A DNA stretch of 48,213 bases from Bdellovibrionales bacterium. Lineage in GTDB: Bacteria > Bdellovibrionota > Bdellovibrionia > Bdellovibrionales > UBA1609. Location: NCBI GenBank assembly GCA_022842925.1, contig JALHOQ010000002.1:1-48213 (forward strand). The letters run 5' to 3'. Positions 38,594 to 48,094 of the stretch are shown here, in pieces. The number at the start of each line of letters is the position of its first letter. Within the stretch, counting starts at the first letter, position 1. Under the pieces are notes generated by a model, which did no database searches, was not told where the DNA came from, and saw nothing but the letters and a program-made list of their open reading frames with translations. A program made the position numbers and the translations under genes.

Positions 38594-38623
38594 CTTCTTC
38601 TAACCGATAAGTGTTAGAAGGAG
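38594..38623 (+). promoter_or_regulatory. Hairpin that sequesters the Shine-Dalgarno sequence of the desaturase gene
   Basis: CTTCTTCTAAC (38594-38604) pairs with GTTAGAAGGAG (38613-38623), giving 10 Watson-Crick pairs plus 1 G-U with an 8-nt loop. The 3' arm contains AAGGAG, 9 nt upstream of the ATG at 38633. Confidence 0.5.
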
Positions 38624-38632
38624 ATTTGGACC

Positions 38633-39790
38633 ATGAATCATTCTGAGATAAAGAAATTGCCCGACGAAAAAAAGGCCATCAACTGGGTCGGAGCTCTCTT
38701 TCTCACACTGTCTCCGATTGCCGCGATCCTTTTCACCGCCATGCACCTCTACCTCGACGGCTTTATCTGGGAAATTTGGGCCGTTGCCATATTGTTTTAC
38801 GGCATGACCGCCTCGGGCATTACAGGCGGGTACCACCGCTACTTTGCTCACCGCGCTTACGAATGCCGTCCCTGGCTCAAGTGGTATTGGGCTTTGACCG
38901 GAGCGGCCGCCTTTCAAAATTCTGTCTTTGTGTGGGCGCGCGACCATCGCATGCATCATCGTTTTGTCGATTCCGACCTCGATCCTTACTCCATAAAAAA
39001 GGGCTTCTGGTGGGCGCACTTTGGCTGGATGCTTTTTAAAGAAACCGAACACGCTTTAACGGTGGCGGAACCCTATGGCCGCGACTTGAAGCGCGATTCC
39101 GTGGTGAAGTTTCAGCATGATCACTACGTCGCTCTGGCCATCGGGCTCGGCTTATTGCTGCCGACAATTATTGGCGGCGTTTTCGGCTCCGCCTTTGGTG
39201 GCCTTGCGGTCATCGGCTTTGCCCGCATTGTGGCTTTACACCATGCCACGTTTTTTATTAACAGCGCCTGCCACTGGTGGGGCAAGCAGACCTACACGGA
39301 CGTCAACTCGGCGCGAGATTCTTTGATAATGGCCGTGGCCACGTTTGGCGAAGGCTACCATAACTTCCATCACATTTTCGCCAGCGACTATCGCAACGGC
39401 ATTCGCTGGTACCATTGGGATCCGACCAAATGGATCATCCAGATTTTTCGCATGGTCGGCGGCGCCTACAGCTTGCGCACGACCCCGCAAGCCGAAATCA
39501 TCAAGGCACAATTGCAAATGGACGCCAAGCGCTTGAAGGAGCGAATTCACCCGCAATGGCAAATGCAGGTTCAGACCCAGCTGGACAGCTTAAAGGTGCG
39601 GGTTGAAGCAGCGTATACACGGTTCGAACAGGTGCGTGAGGAGTACAAGCGCTATAAAACGATTTCCGCCGAAAAGATGGAGGAAATCCGCGAGCAGCTC
39701 CGTCAAGCCAAAGCCGAATTCCGCGAAGCCTTACGCCAATGGCGTGAGTATCAGACCTACGTGCTCCGCACCGTTCCCGTCACTTCTTAG
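38633..39790 (+). CDS. Acyl-CoA/acyl-lipid delta-9-type fatty acid desaturase
   Basis: Three His boxes in canonical order (HRYFAHR, HRMHHRF, HNFHHIF), four TM helices, and a C-terminal coiled-coil tail of about 90 aa. Confidence 0.9.
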   Translation: MNHSEIKKLPDEKKAINWVGALFLTLSPIAAILFTAMHLYLDGFIWEIWAVAILFYGMTASGITGGYHRYFAHRAYECRPWLKWYWALTGAAAFQNSVFVWARDHRMHHRFVDSDLDPYSIKKGFWWAHFGWMLFKETEHALTVAEPYGRDLKRDSVVKFQHDHYVALAIGLGLLLPTIIGGVFGSAFGGLAVIGFARIVALHHATFFINSACHWWGKQTYTDVNSARDSLIMAVATFGEGYHNFHHIFASDYRNGIRWYHWDPTKWIIQIFRMVGGAYSLRTTPQAEIIKAQLQMDAKRLKERIHPQWQMQVQTQLDSLKVRVEAAYTRFEQVREEYKRYKTISAEKMEEIREQLRQAKAEFREALRQWREYQTYVLRTVPVTS

Positions 39791-41031
39791 TCCAAATTCG
39801 CCGTCTGTAAATGATGTAAGAACCCGGCCAGCGCTTTCGAGCGCGTGGCCAGGGTATCGACATGAAGGAACTCGCGCGTGGTGTGCATTTCTCCACCCAC
39901 GGGCCCCATTCCATCCAGAATAAAGTTCGTGGGCGTGCTCAAATAATTCACATCACCCGCCCCACCCGCGGGCTGCGAATAGATTTTACGATTCTCAAGT
40001 TGCGAGACCAGGGCCGCGTACATACGAGCCAAGCGCTTCGATCGCCGGGTGAGTGAAAACGGAGGGCAATCGTCGACGATTTCGAAGCGGGTCGATATGG
40101 CGTGCTTGCCCGAGATATTCAGATCGCTCGGTTGCTGCAGAATTCTTTCGATTCGCTTGTGCAAATAGTCGCGCGTGTCCATGCAGGGGAAGCGCACGTC
40201 GATCTTGGCGGTGGCCGCGCCACAAATAATATTGTGCCGGTCTTTGCCGCCACTCACGTGGCCCACATTTACGCTTAAGTGTTTCTTGTAATTGGTCAGC
40301 TGGGATAGCTGGTAAATTTTTGCCGCCAAATCGTGAGCGGCGTTGCCGTGATCGCCGTAGCTGCGGCCGGCATGAGCTTCGCGGCCCTCAACGGTGATAT
40401 CGTACCAACGGTTGCCCCGGCGTTGATGAATAATGGAACCGTTGTCGAGCGCCGGCTCAAGCCCAAAGCCAACGACCGTATCCTGACCGAGTTCGCGAAA
40501 AATATCTGTGAAGCCGATGGACCCCATTTCCTCATTGGGCGAACAAATCCAACGTAGGGAATATTCCGTATTGGGATAGGCTTTTATAAAACGCCTCAGC
40601 GCGCTTAAACCCACCACCACGCCACCCTTGTTGTCGATCACCCCACTCCCAAGGGCACGGCCGCGCTCGAGATCGAGATTGAACTCCTGGTCATTGCCCA
40701 GAACCGTGTCGGTATGAGTGACGAGCGAAACAAAACGTCCAGCTCTACGGCCGGGCCGCTCGGCAATAATCAAGTGAGAGAACCGGCCTTCGCCCGAAAC
40801 GGTTTTGATGTTGAACCCGAGCTCGGCCAGAGTTGCGCTGACCAAATCCTGGGCCGCGCCCACCCCCGCTTTGTTCAGCGTGGCCGTATCCATCTCGGTG
40901 AACTTCTTGAGCAGCTCCAGCTCGCTCAACGGCAAGGGTTGATCGAGAAAGCTCAGATCGCGAGCTCGAAGCTGAGTTCCCATCAGCTTTTCGATGCGCG
41001 CCCGAAAACGCGCGGTTACGGCTTTGACCAT
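39787..41031 (-). CDS. M20 family metallopeptidase (carboxypeptidase G2 / ArgE-DapE-like)
   Basis: Metal-binding blocks are present: LVTHTDTV, VIDNKGG and SPNEEMGS, plus a C-terminal GG..H block. The stop overlaps the desaturase stop on the opposite strand (TTAG). Confidence 0.85.
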   Translation of the reverse strand: MVKAVTARFRARIEKLMGTQLRARDLSFLDQPLPLSELELLKKFTEMDTATLNKAGVGAAQDLVSATLAELGFNIKTVSGEGRFSHLIIAERPGRRAGRFVSLVTHTDTVLGNDQEFNLDLERGRALGSGVIDNKGGVVVGLSALRRFIKAYPNTEYSLRWICSPNEEMGSIGFTDIFRELGQDTVVGFGLEPALDNGSIIHQRRGNRWYDITVEGREAHAGRSYGDHGNAAHDLAAKIYQLSQLTNYKKHLSVNVGHVSGGKDRHNIICGAATAKIDVRFPCMDTRDYLHKRIERILQQPSDLNISGKHAISTRFEIVDDCPPFSLTRRSKRLARMYAALVSQLENRKIYSQPAGGAGDVNYLSTPTNFILDGMGPVGGEMHTTREFLHVDTLATRSKALAGFLHHLQTANLD

Positions 41032-41078
41032 GAACCCAAGCTAGACAACCGGCGACATTTTGGGAACAATAAACTTCT

Positions 41079-41717
41079 ATGCTCGCGTGGTCGCAATTCT
41101 TTTTAGTCGCCTTCCCAGCCATTTTTACCATTGTGAACCCCTTGGGGGCCGTTGGGCCCTTCCTCGCCATGACGGCCCGGGATTCGGTTAAGAAACGAAA
41201 TTCAACGGCGAAACGGGCCTGCGTATTGGCCGCCGTGGTGCTCTTTGTTTGCGCAGCCGTAGGCGGATTCGTATTTTCGGTATTCGGCATCACTCTCCCC
41301 GCCTTAAAGATCGCGGGCGGATTCCTCTTATTTCTGGTCGGCATGGATATGATCAATGCTCGCGAGTCCGGTGCCCGCTCCACCGACGAGGAGCGCGAGG
41401 AAGGAGTGCTGAAGGAAGACGTCGCCATCTTCCCACTTGGCATCCCACTCTTGAGCGGACCGGGCGCCATGGTTTCGGTTTTTATTTTGGTTGAAAGGGC
41501 GAAGGAGCCAATCGAGTACGCTTTAATTTACTTTTCCATCGCCCTGACAATGGGGATTTCACTTATCTTTCTTTTGCAGGCCTCTAAACTCGCGCGCTTT
41601 CTCGGCGCCACAGGCATCAACGTGATGTCGCGGATCATGGGTCTGATCCTGGCGGCGATCGCCGTGCAGTTTATTTTAAACGGGCTTCTCGATGCGCTTC
41701 CTGGCCTAAAAGGCTAA
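41079..41717 (+). CDS. marC: MarC family (UPF0056/NAAT) integral membrane protein
   Basis: The N-terminus FLVAFPAIFTIVNPLGAVGPFLAMT is characteristic of the family. The 212-aa product has six hydrophobic helices. Confidence 0.85.
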   Translation: MLAWSQFFLVAFPAIFTIVNPLGAVGPFLAMTARDSVKKRNSTAKRACVLAAVVLFVCAAVGGFVFSVFGITLPALKIAGGFLLFLVGMDMINARESGARSTDEEREEGVLKEDVAIFPLGIPLLSGPGAMVSVFILVERAKEPIEYALIYFSIALTMGISLIFLLQASKLARFLGATGINVMSRIMGLILAAIAVQFILNGLLDALPGLKG

Positions 41718-41775
41718 GTCGGCCAGCTGTTAACCTTTTTTACAGGACCACACCTCTCACTCACGGGGGGTGTTC

Positions 41776-43299
41776 ATGGATAGAATAATTAGACTCATTG
41801 CTTTACTGATCGGGTTAGCGGGATGCTCGAAACCCAATACTGTATTGGATCCCAAACAGTACATCGTGGTGTTTAAGAAGTCGGCCGTGGCTCAGGAGGT
41901 GCGGTCCAGCCGCGAGCCCTTGGCGGCGTCGGATGTGATTCGAAAAATTTCTGGCTCGCTCGAGTCCCGCCACCAAATGGGACGGCCAAAAAAGATTTTT
42001 TCGAGCGCGCTGCAAGGCGCGGTTTACCGTTTAGAAGACGATCAGCTCGCGTCACTGAAAAATGATCCGGACATCGCCTACATCGAAAAGGATCAGCTGA
42101 TCCGCATTGGCGGCATTCAGTCCTCTCCCGAATGGGGGCTGGACCGCCTCGATCAGGCGCATCTGCCTCTCGACAAAAAATACGAACATGACGAAGGCGG
42201 CGGCGCGGTGAATGCGTATGTGATCGACACGGGCATTTTGATTTCCCACCAGCAGTTCGAAGGCCGAGCGGCGCACGGCGCGGATACGGTCGACAATGAC
42301 GGCGACGCCACCGACTGCCAGGGGCACGGAACCCATGTTGCCGGTTCGATCGCCAGCCGCCTTTATGGCGTAGCCAAGAACGTGAAGATCTTTGGCGTAC
42401 GGGTGCTCGATTGCTCCGGCTCCGGCACGAACTCCGATGTGATTGCCGGGGTCGACTGGGTCACGAAGAATCACATCCAGCCGGCCGTGGCCAATATGAG
42501 TTTGGGCGGAGGGGCTTCGCAGGCGCTGGATGACGCAATTCGAGCGGGAGTCGCCGCGGGAGTGACCTTCGTCGTCGCTGCCGGAAATGAGAATCAAAAT
42601 GCATGCAACGTCTCCCCTGCTCGTGTACCCGAGGCCATCACAGTCGGTGCATCCACGATCAGTGACGCGCGCGCCAGCTTTTCGAACTTCGGCACGTGCG
42701 TGGACGTCTTTGCTCCGGGTCAGGACATCAAATCCCTGGGCATCACCAATATCACCGCCACCGACACCATGAGCGGAACCAGCATGGCCTCACCTCACGT
42801 GGCCGGGGTGGCGGCTCTCTATCTCTCTCGGCATCCACAAGCTTCGCCCGCGCAAGTCGCCCAGGCGATTGTCAGCGGCGCGATCAGCGGCAAAATCAGC
42901 AATCCCGGGACAGGCTCGCCCAATCGCTTGGCCAACGCCCGCTTTCTTGGCGAAGGCTCTCAGCCGCAGCCCGGGCCGGAGCCGCAGCCGGATCACGAGC
43001 TGAAAAACGGAGAAGCCCGAAGCGGCCTTAGCGGCGCCAAAGAAGATGAGAAATATTATGTTGTAAAAGTGCCCACGGGAGCGAGCCGTCTCACGATTAC
43101 GATTTCCGGAGGGAGCGGAGATGCCGATCTCTACGTGAAATCGGCGACTCAACCGACGCTCAGCAGTTACTCGTGCCGCCCCTACCGCTCAGGGAACAGC
43201 GAAACCTGCACATTCCGCTTTCCTCGCGCCGGCGAGTGGCACATTTTGATTCACGGCTATACGAGCTACTCCGGATTGAGACTGCAGGCGAACTGGTAA
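41776..43299 (+). CDS. S8 (subtilisin/proteinase K-like) serine peptidase lipoprotein with I9 propeptide and C-terminal PPC-type domain
   Basis: Lipobox LAGC; an inhibitor-I9-like propeptide (YIVVFKK...); the catalytic triad VIDTGI (Asp), HGTHVAG (His) and [11 protein letters not shown] (Ser); and a C-terminal beta domain with [11 protein letters not shown] use the ATG at 41776 rather than the GTG at 41770. Confidence 0.92.
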   Translation: MDRIIRLIALLIGLAGCSKPNTVLDPKQYIVVFKKSAVAQEVRSSREPLAASDVIRKISGSLESRHQMGRPKKIFSSALQGAVYRLEDDQLASLKNDPDIAYIEKDQLIRIGGIQSSPEWGLDRLDQAHLPLDKKYEHDEGGGAVNAYVIDTGILISHQQFEGRAAHGADTVDNDGDATDCQGHGTHVAGSIASRLYGVAKNVKIFGVRVLDCSGSGTNSDVIAGVDWVTKNHIQPAVANMSLGGGASQALDDAIRAGVAAGVTFVVAAGNENQNACNVSPARVPEAITVGASTISDARASFSNFGTCVDVFAPGQDIKSLGITNITATDTMSGTSMASPHVAGVAALYLSRHPQASPAQVAQAIVSGAISGKISNPGTGSPNRLANARFLGEGSQPQPGPEPQPDHELKNGEARSGLSGAKEDEKYYVVKVPTGASRLTITISGGSGDADLYVKSATQPTLSSYSCRPYRSGNSETCTFRFPRAGEWHILIHGYTSYSGLRLQANW

Positions 43300-43301
43300 C
43301 T

Positions 43302-44240
43302 CTAGAAAATCGAGAAGACTGTGGAGAAGGATAGCGAAGTGGTGGTCCACGCTGGTCGTTCCCAGAAAAAATTCAAGTAAGGATTGAAGTAAATTTCGCG
43401 GGTGATGGCCCAACCCACGCCCGCGCGAGCCGTGGGTTGGATCGGCTCCCACAACCACCAGCTGCCATTCATTCGGAGATTCGAAAGCGAATAGCCGACG
43501 GAGGTCCTGAGATTCAAACGGTCGGTGAGTTTGTACTCGAGGCTCGGGATAAACGATATATAGTAGTTCGAAATGCGGCCATCACCGCGCTGGTACTCGC
43601 GGTTGAAACCGTAAAAGTCCACGTCCGCGACCATTCCCAAAATAAATCGATCGACTGTGTATTTCGCGCCTTGCGCGAATCCGAGCGAGCCGTATTGTCC
43701 GCGGTCGAGGTAATACTTGGCCGTGATTAGAGAACTCTTGATCGAAGTTCGAAGTTGAAAAGGCCCGGCCGGATAAGTGCGGTCAAAGCTGACCTGAGGA
43801 TTGGTTACATCAAAATCCTTGGCTCCAGGAGCCTTCTCCACCTTGTCCCCGGTCACGGTCTGGATCGGCGTAAACCATTTCAGCCCCGTGCTGGCACTTA
43901 TGGCCGCGCTCGGGCTCATTCGGTAACGAAGGCCCATGTAGCCGGCGACATTGGTGCGATCATCGAAGGGCCGATTATCCGGATTGGGCACGCTGGGGTT
44001 GCTCAGGTTTCCGACGGGAGGACCGTAGTAACTGAGGTCGAATTTCATAGAGTAGCGCGAAAGCGATCCGGCCTGAGCTTTGAGTTCCATGTCGGTGATG
44101 CGCTTGTCTTCTGAAAATTTCTTGTTCTGAATTACGTTGCCTAAGCCAGTCGCCGAGGTGCTCGCACTCTCCGCCCACGCCCCACTCGCCCCGATCAGCC
44201 CGAACGCGACCAGCGTTCCGGTCCAAATCCTCATTTTCAT
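43302..44240 (-). CDS. Putative outer-membrane beta-barrel protein
   Basis: ORF trimmed to the ATG at 44238-44240, which has GGGGGA 4 nt upstream, giving MKMRIWTGTLVAFGLIGASGAWA-E (signal peptide). It has an alternating aromatic/Gly pattern and the C-terminus ...STVFSIF ends in Phe. Confidence 0.6.
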   Translation of the reverse strand: MKMRIWTGTLVAFGLIGASGAWAESASTSATGLGNVIQNKKFSEDKRITDMELKAQAGSLSRYSMKFDLSYYGPPVGNLSNPSVPNPDNRPFDDRTNVAGYMGLRYRMSPSAAISASTGLKWFTPIQTVTGDKVEKAPGAKDFDVTNPQVSFDRTYPAGPFQLRTSIKSSLITAKYYLDRGQYGSLGFAQGAKYTVDRFILGMVADVDFYGFNREYQRGDGRISNYYISFIPSLEYKLTDRLNLRTSVGYSLSNLRMNGSWWLWEPIQPTARAGVGWAITREIYFNPYLNFFWERPAWTTTSLSFSTVFSIF

Positions 44241-44446
44241 ATTTCCCCCTATCAAGACTGGGCCCATTTTGACCTGGGTGGTGTCATCCCGCACTCGTCG
44301 CGAGGGTGTTTGCAAAGTTTTCCCGCACGTTCAGGGTCAGCTCGACACCAAAACTGAGGTTTTGTGAGGCAAATCATTGGCCTCTGATTTGTAGAGGGAA
44401 TAAGCAGGGTTGAGGGGGAAAGCGCCCTCCAGGACAGGAGTTGGAC

Positions 44447-44821
44447 ATGCGTGGTTTGTTAGCTGTATCGTTCGCGATGCTGATTTGGGGAAGTCAGGCC
44501 GTCGCGAGCTTGCCCGCTGAGGGGGGCCGTGAACGTTCCGGGCAGCTGCAAACCATCCAGTCCTGGACGGCGCATTTGAATCAATACTATCCCGCGTTAA
44601 ATTTAAAGATCAGCTGCAAGCTCGATCGCGCGCAGGCCATCCAGGGTGTGCTTCATGAATTGAAGTCGCTCGAGGATTCGCTGCAGGGCGCGGCTCGACT
44701 GCCCAAAGATTCACTGCTGCATCTCGCCTGCACCCGCCCTGAGTGTGGTGGGGGCGGGGGCGGCGGTATTTGCAAGACGTGTCTTGCGCCCGATGTCGAT
44801 CAGAACCAAGACACGCTGTAA
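44447..44821 (+). CDS. Small secreted Cys-containing protein with a Gly7 run
   Basis: ATG at 44447 with AGGAG 6 nt upstream; signal peptide MRGLLAVSFAMLIWGSQAVA-S; and C-terminal CTRPECGGGGGGGICKTCLAPD. No family recognised. Confidence 0.45.
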   Translation: MRGLLAVSFAMLIWGSQAVASLPAEGGRERSGQLQTIQSWTAHLNQYYPALNLKISCKLDRAQAIQGVLHELKSLEDSLQGAARLPKDSLLHLACTRPECGGGGGGGICKTCLAPDVDQNQDTL

Positions 44822-44842
44822 GCTTTTTGCTATATTCCGAGG

Positions 44843-45184
44843 ATGCGATTGATCAAATACATCCTCATTTTTTCGTTCGCCGCGTCGGCCTCCGCGCTGA
44901 ATGCGGACAATATCAAAAAAGATCTGCAAAAAGTCGGTCAGGACTTTAAGCAACTGGGCCAAGACATTAAGCAGACCGCGAAAACGGTTGGCCAAGAAGT
45001 AAAAAAGGCCGGACAGGATCTTAAAGAAGATTCTAAAGACGTGCGACAGGACGTGAAAGAAACCGGCCAGGATTTGGGCCAGCGCTTTCGATCGGCTTTT
45101 TCTGAACTGGGCACCGGCATCAAGAATGCCTGGAACAAGCTCACTTCCAAACCCGAAGAGAAAAGAAAAGATGATTTCAACTAA
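44843..45184 (+). CDS. Small secreted amphipathic-repeat protein (LEA/apolipoprotein-like periodicity)
   Basis: Signal peptide (FAASASA-LN), followed by a Lys/Asp/Gln-rich sequence in which GQD/GQE/RQD recurs at alternating 7- and 11-residue spacing (VGQDF, LGQDI, VGQEV, AGQDL, VRQDV, TGQDL). Confidence 0.5.
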   Translation: MRLIKYILIFSFAASASALNADNIKKDLQKVGQDFKQLGQDIKQTAKTVGQEVKKAGQDLKEDSKDVRQDVKETGQDLGQRFRSAFSELGTGIKNAWNKLTSKPEEKRKDDFN

Positions 45185-46193
45185 GCTGATTCAAGGGCTA
45201 AACATCGCCCGGAGCGGTGTTTACTTTTTAGAATCCCTTCCGGTGTTGGCCTTTAATCGATTTGCTCACCCGCACCTCCCGCCACCCGCTCCTGAGCAAG
45301 TGCAATTGCTATGGAAGCACATTTTGCGTGTGCATGAGCGTGAGGCCGGGCGGATAGAAGCCGGCGCTTATCCATGGACCGCTTTGGACTGGGAGAAACC
45401 CTGGCAACACTTGCGCTCCTACGCCGAGGTCTTAAGCGATGGGGTGAAAGTGGCTTTGCGAATGCGCCTGAACAAGACCAAAGATTTGGGTGGCGAGGCG
45501 GCCGCGCACAGCGCCGAGACTCCCGACTACTACGCGCGCAATTTTCATTTTCAGACCGACGGATATTTCTCAGAAGATTCGGCTCGGCGCTACGACCATC
45601 AAGTCGAGATTTTATTTAACGGCACGGCGGGCGTCATGCGACGGTCGATTCTTCCGCCCTTGGTTTCGCTTTTGCCACCGGGGAACACTCGCATTCTTGA
45701 ATTGGGCTGCGGCGCCGGTTCCGCGACCCGCTATATGGCGGAGACCTTTCCCAAAGCTAAAATCACGGCCCTCGATATGAGCGCGCCCTATTTGAAGGTG
45801 GCGCAGGAAAAGCTGCGGGCCTACCCGCGAGTCGACTTTGTTCAGGGCGATGCCACGGATACGGATTTTAAAGACGGGCTGTTCGATGCCGTGGTTTCGG
45901 TTTACCTGATGCATGAGCTGCCGCTCGAGGAGCGGGTGAAGGTCCTGCACGAGGCCTGGCGGCTATTGAAGCCAGCCGGCGTTTTGGTTGTGGCCGACTC
46001 GCTTCAGATCGACGATGACCCGGACTTAAATTGGGCCCTCGAGCGGTTTCCTAAAATCTATCACGAACCTTTCTATAAAAACTATATCGTCACCAAGTTG
46101 GAAGACTTGATGGAACGCGAGATCGGCACCCGTCCGGACTCCGATTTCACTTTGCTCACCAAAGTATGCTGGGTGCAAAAGGGTAAAAGCTAA
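45171..46193 (+). CDS. Class I SAM-dependent methyltransferase
   Basis: Motif I ILELGCGAGSATRY, an acidic post-I residue (ALDMS), and motif II/III VVSVYLMHELP...LKPAGVLVV. I use the ATG at 45171 (MISTKL), which overlaps the end of the upstream small gene, rather than the track start at 45126. Confidence 0.8.
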   Translation: MISTKLIQGLNIARSGVYFLESLPVLAFNRFAHPHLPPPAPEQVQLLWKHILRVHEREAGRIEAGAYPWTALDWEKPWQHLRSYAEVLSDGVKVALRMRLNKTKDLGGEAAAHSAETPDYYARNFHFQTDGYFSEDSARRYDHQVEILFNGTAGVMRRSILPPLVSLLPPGNTRILELGCGAGSATRYMAETFPKAKITALDMSAPYLKVAQEKLRAYPRVDFVQGDATDTDFKDGLFDAVVSVYLMHELPLEERVKVLHEAWRLLKPAGVLVVADSLQIDDDPDLNWALERFPKIYHEPFYKNYIVTKLEDLMEREIGTRPDSDFTLLTKVCWVQKGKS

Positions 46194-46241
46194 ATCGGCG
46201 GTTGCCGGGATTCGTGCGGGCGCGTACAAGCTGTACGCTAT

Positions 46242-46955
46242 ATGCGCTGGCTAATTCTCGTTTGTTGCTTTGCCGCTCACTCCGCCCACGCCGAATTTAA
46301 ATTCGGTTTTGCCGATTTGAATGCCAATTTTTTGGATTGGAGCGAAGGGACTGAGAGGAAGTCGACCAAGCGGGACTTTTCTTACCTGGAGCTGGAAGGC
46401 TACGCCGAATTTGATTGGGGCGATGTTTACGGGTTTTTCGATTATGAGAATCCCGGTCAGCGCGGAGTCGATGTTCGGACTGCGGCCAAGGGCGCAGTCC
46501 ATCGCAAGCTTGGGTTGGGTGGACTCACCGCCTATGCCCATGTTTACAGTTTCTCCATGCATGGATTTTTTGAACAGAATCGTGTTTTAGGACTTGGCTA
46601 TTCCTTTGCGGGTGCGGGGTGGTGGTTTAAGCCGTTTGTCGGTTTTCACGATGTATCGCAGACATTTTTTAGTGGACCGAATGGTTTTATGGCCGGATGG
46701 ACGGTCGGCTATTGGTTTGAGTTTCTGGGTGAGCGCTGGATGGCGGCGGACTGGCATGAATTTGAGTTTGAGCGGAAGGCCGGGTATGCGGCCGGTCAGG
46801 GTGGCGGTCGAACGAGTCACAATGGAGCCGTGTCTCTGTGGTGGCAGATAGACGAGAAGGTGTCGGCTGGAGTTCAGGGTCGCTACGTGACAAGTAAGCT
46901 TGGCACGCCGGGTTCGAGCGGAGCCATGATTTACACTCTCAAATATTTTCTTTAA
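46242..46955 (+). CDS. Tsx/OmpK-family outer-membrane channel
   Basis: Signal peptide ending HA-EF. The block SYLELEGYAEFDWGDVYGFFDYENP resembles the Tsx/OmpK block ([20 protein letters not shown], E. coli Tsx from memory). The 237-aa protein is rich in aromatic residues and Gly, with beta-like segments. Confidence 0.65.
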   Translation: MRWLILVCCFAAHSAHAEFKFGFADLNANFLDWSEGTERKSTKRDFSYLELEGYAEFDWGDVYGFFDYENPGQRGVDVRTAAKGAVHRKLGLGGLTAYAHVYSFSMHGFFEQNRVLGLGYSFAGAGWWFKPFVGFHDVSQTFFSGPNGFMAGWTVGYWFEFLGERWMAADWHEFEFERKAGYAAGQGGGRTSHNGAVSLWWQIDEKVSAGVQGRYVTSKLGTPGSSGAMIYTLKYFL

Positions 46956-47713
46956 TTGGCTTTTTGTATTTCGGCGTGGATGCGCGTGAATGCTGCTTCC
47001 ATGTCGGATCGGACTCGCTCGACGAGCGTCTGAAGGTTATCCGGATTTAGACCCTCGGTCGAAACCTTAGGCAGAATCTGCATGACCACTTTTCGCCGCC
47101 AGCGGCCCATGTTGATCCATAATGAGTTCTTCGGCATCACTTCGAATGCGCCGACAATCACGACCGGAAGCAGATCGGCTTTGGCGTTTACGGCAAAGAT
47201 AAAGGGCCCTTTTTTAAAGGGGCCGATCTTCGGCTCTTTTTGCCGGGTGCCTTCGGGAGCGAGCGCGAAACACTCTCCCTTTTCGACTCGCGAAATGGCG
47301 TTGTCGTAAATTCGTAAGACCTTGCCGCGATCGCCCCTGTCGATGGGAAGAACTCCGCACATCGCCATGGCCCGGCCGAAAAATGGGATTTTGAAGAGTT
47401 CGATTTTGGCGGCGAAGCGAAAGGAGTGCGGAAGGCAGAACAGGACCGGGATGTCGAAGTTGCTACTGTGACTGAAGAGGATAAGAAAGCCCTTAGCTGA
47501 GTTCTGGATATTCTCGGCGCCGCGAATTTCCAGGTCTACACCCGAGAACCAGAGCATGGGTTTGGCCCACATGTCGACGCAGGTGAAGTCGATCGCTCGA
47601 CGGGATCGCGTGAGGGCGGCGACGAGAATTACGACCGCCGACTGCATAAGCGTAAACAGGCCGCCAAACACAGAGACGATCGGTCCGCGAATATAAGAGA
47701 GAATGTCGAGCAT
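46952..47713 (-). CDS. plsC: 1-acyl-sn-glycerol-3-phosphate acyltransferase
   Basis: HxxxxD motif (FSHSSNFD), FFGRAM, and APEGTR. ORF trimmed to the ATG at 47711-47713 (MLDILSYIRG), which has AAGGTG 6 nt upstream. The longer track ORF adds an implausible Cys/Ser-rich leader. Confidence 0.85.
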   Translation of the reverse strand: MLDILSYIRGPIVSVFGGLFTLMQSAVVILVAALTRSRRAIDFTCVDMWAKPMLWFSGVDLEIRGAENIQNSAKGFLILFSHSSNFDIPVLFCLPHSFRFAAKIELFKIPFFGRAMAMCGVLPIDRGDRGKVLRIYDNAISRVEKGECFALAPEGTRQKEPKIGPFKKGPFIFAVNAKADLLPVVIVGAFEVMPKNSLWINMGRWRRKVVMQILPKVSTEGLNPDNLQTLVERVRSDMEAAFTRIHAEIQKAN

Positions 47714-48094
47714 TTGAGTCACCTTACATGAGTAACGAACCCGCCTGCGCGATGTCAATTTGTTTGGGCTTTCCCCGTTCATCGATGTCCATACCTCGCT
47801 GGCATGTTTCATCGCTGAAGTTCGAGCCGGATGGTCGGGCGAGCAGCAGAAGCTCAGCCATGTCGAACTCGATGGTGTCCCGCACATAGAAGCTCAAGAT
47901 TGTTCAGCTCATCGAGTCCCCCCGCCCACACCGGCTGAATGTGATGAATGTCAAGAAAGCGACGCTCTCGACACCGCTCACCGTTCGCATGGTGAAAGGC
48001 ACACTGACCGTTATACTTAAGGTGAACCCGATGCCGAGTGGCGGTTGCCAGCGACTTTCGAACCTTGCCCGGGCCGTGTTGCCGATGGCCGGGC

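Noticed and set aside
44747-44767. G-rich run GGTGGGGGCGGGGGCGGCGGT as a G-quadruplex
   Set aside because: It contains only two runs of three or more G, so it does not meet the canonical four-tract G4 pattern. It is simply the coding sequence for the Gly7 stretch.
47724-47861. 45-aa minus-strand small ORF (MAELLLLARPSGSNFSDETCQRGMDIDERGKPKQIDIAQAGSLLM) ending 10 nt upstream of plsC
   Set aside because: It falls below the ORF-track threshold, has no clear SD, and no family is recognised. It cannot be supported from sequence alone.
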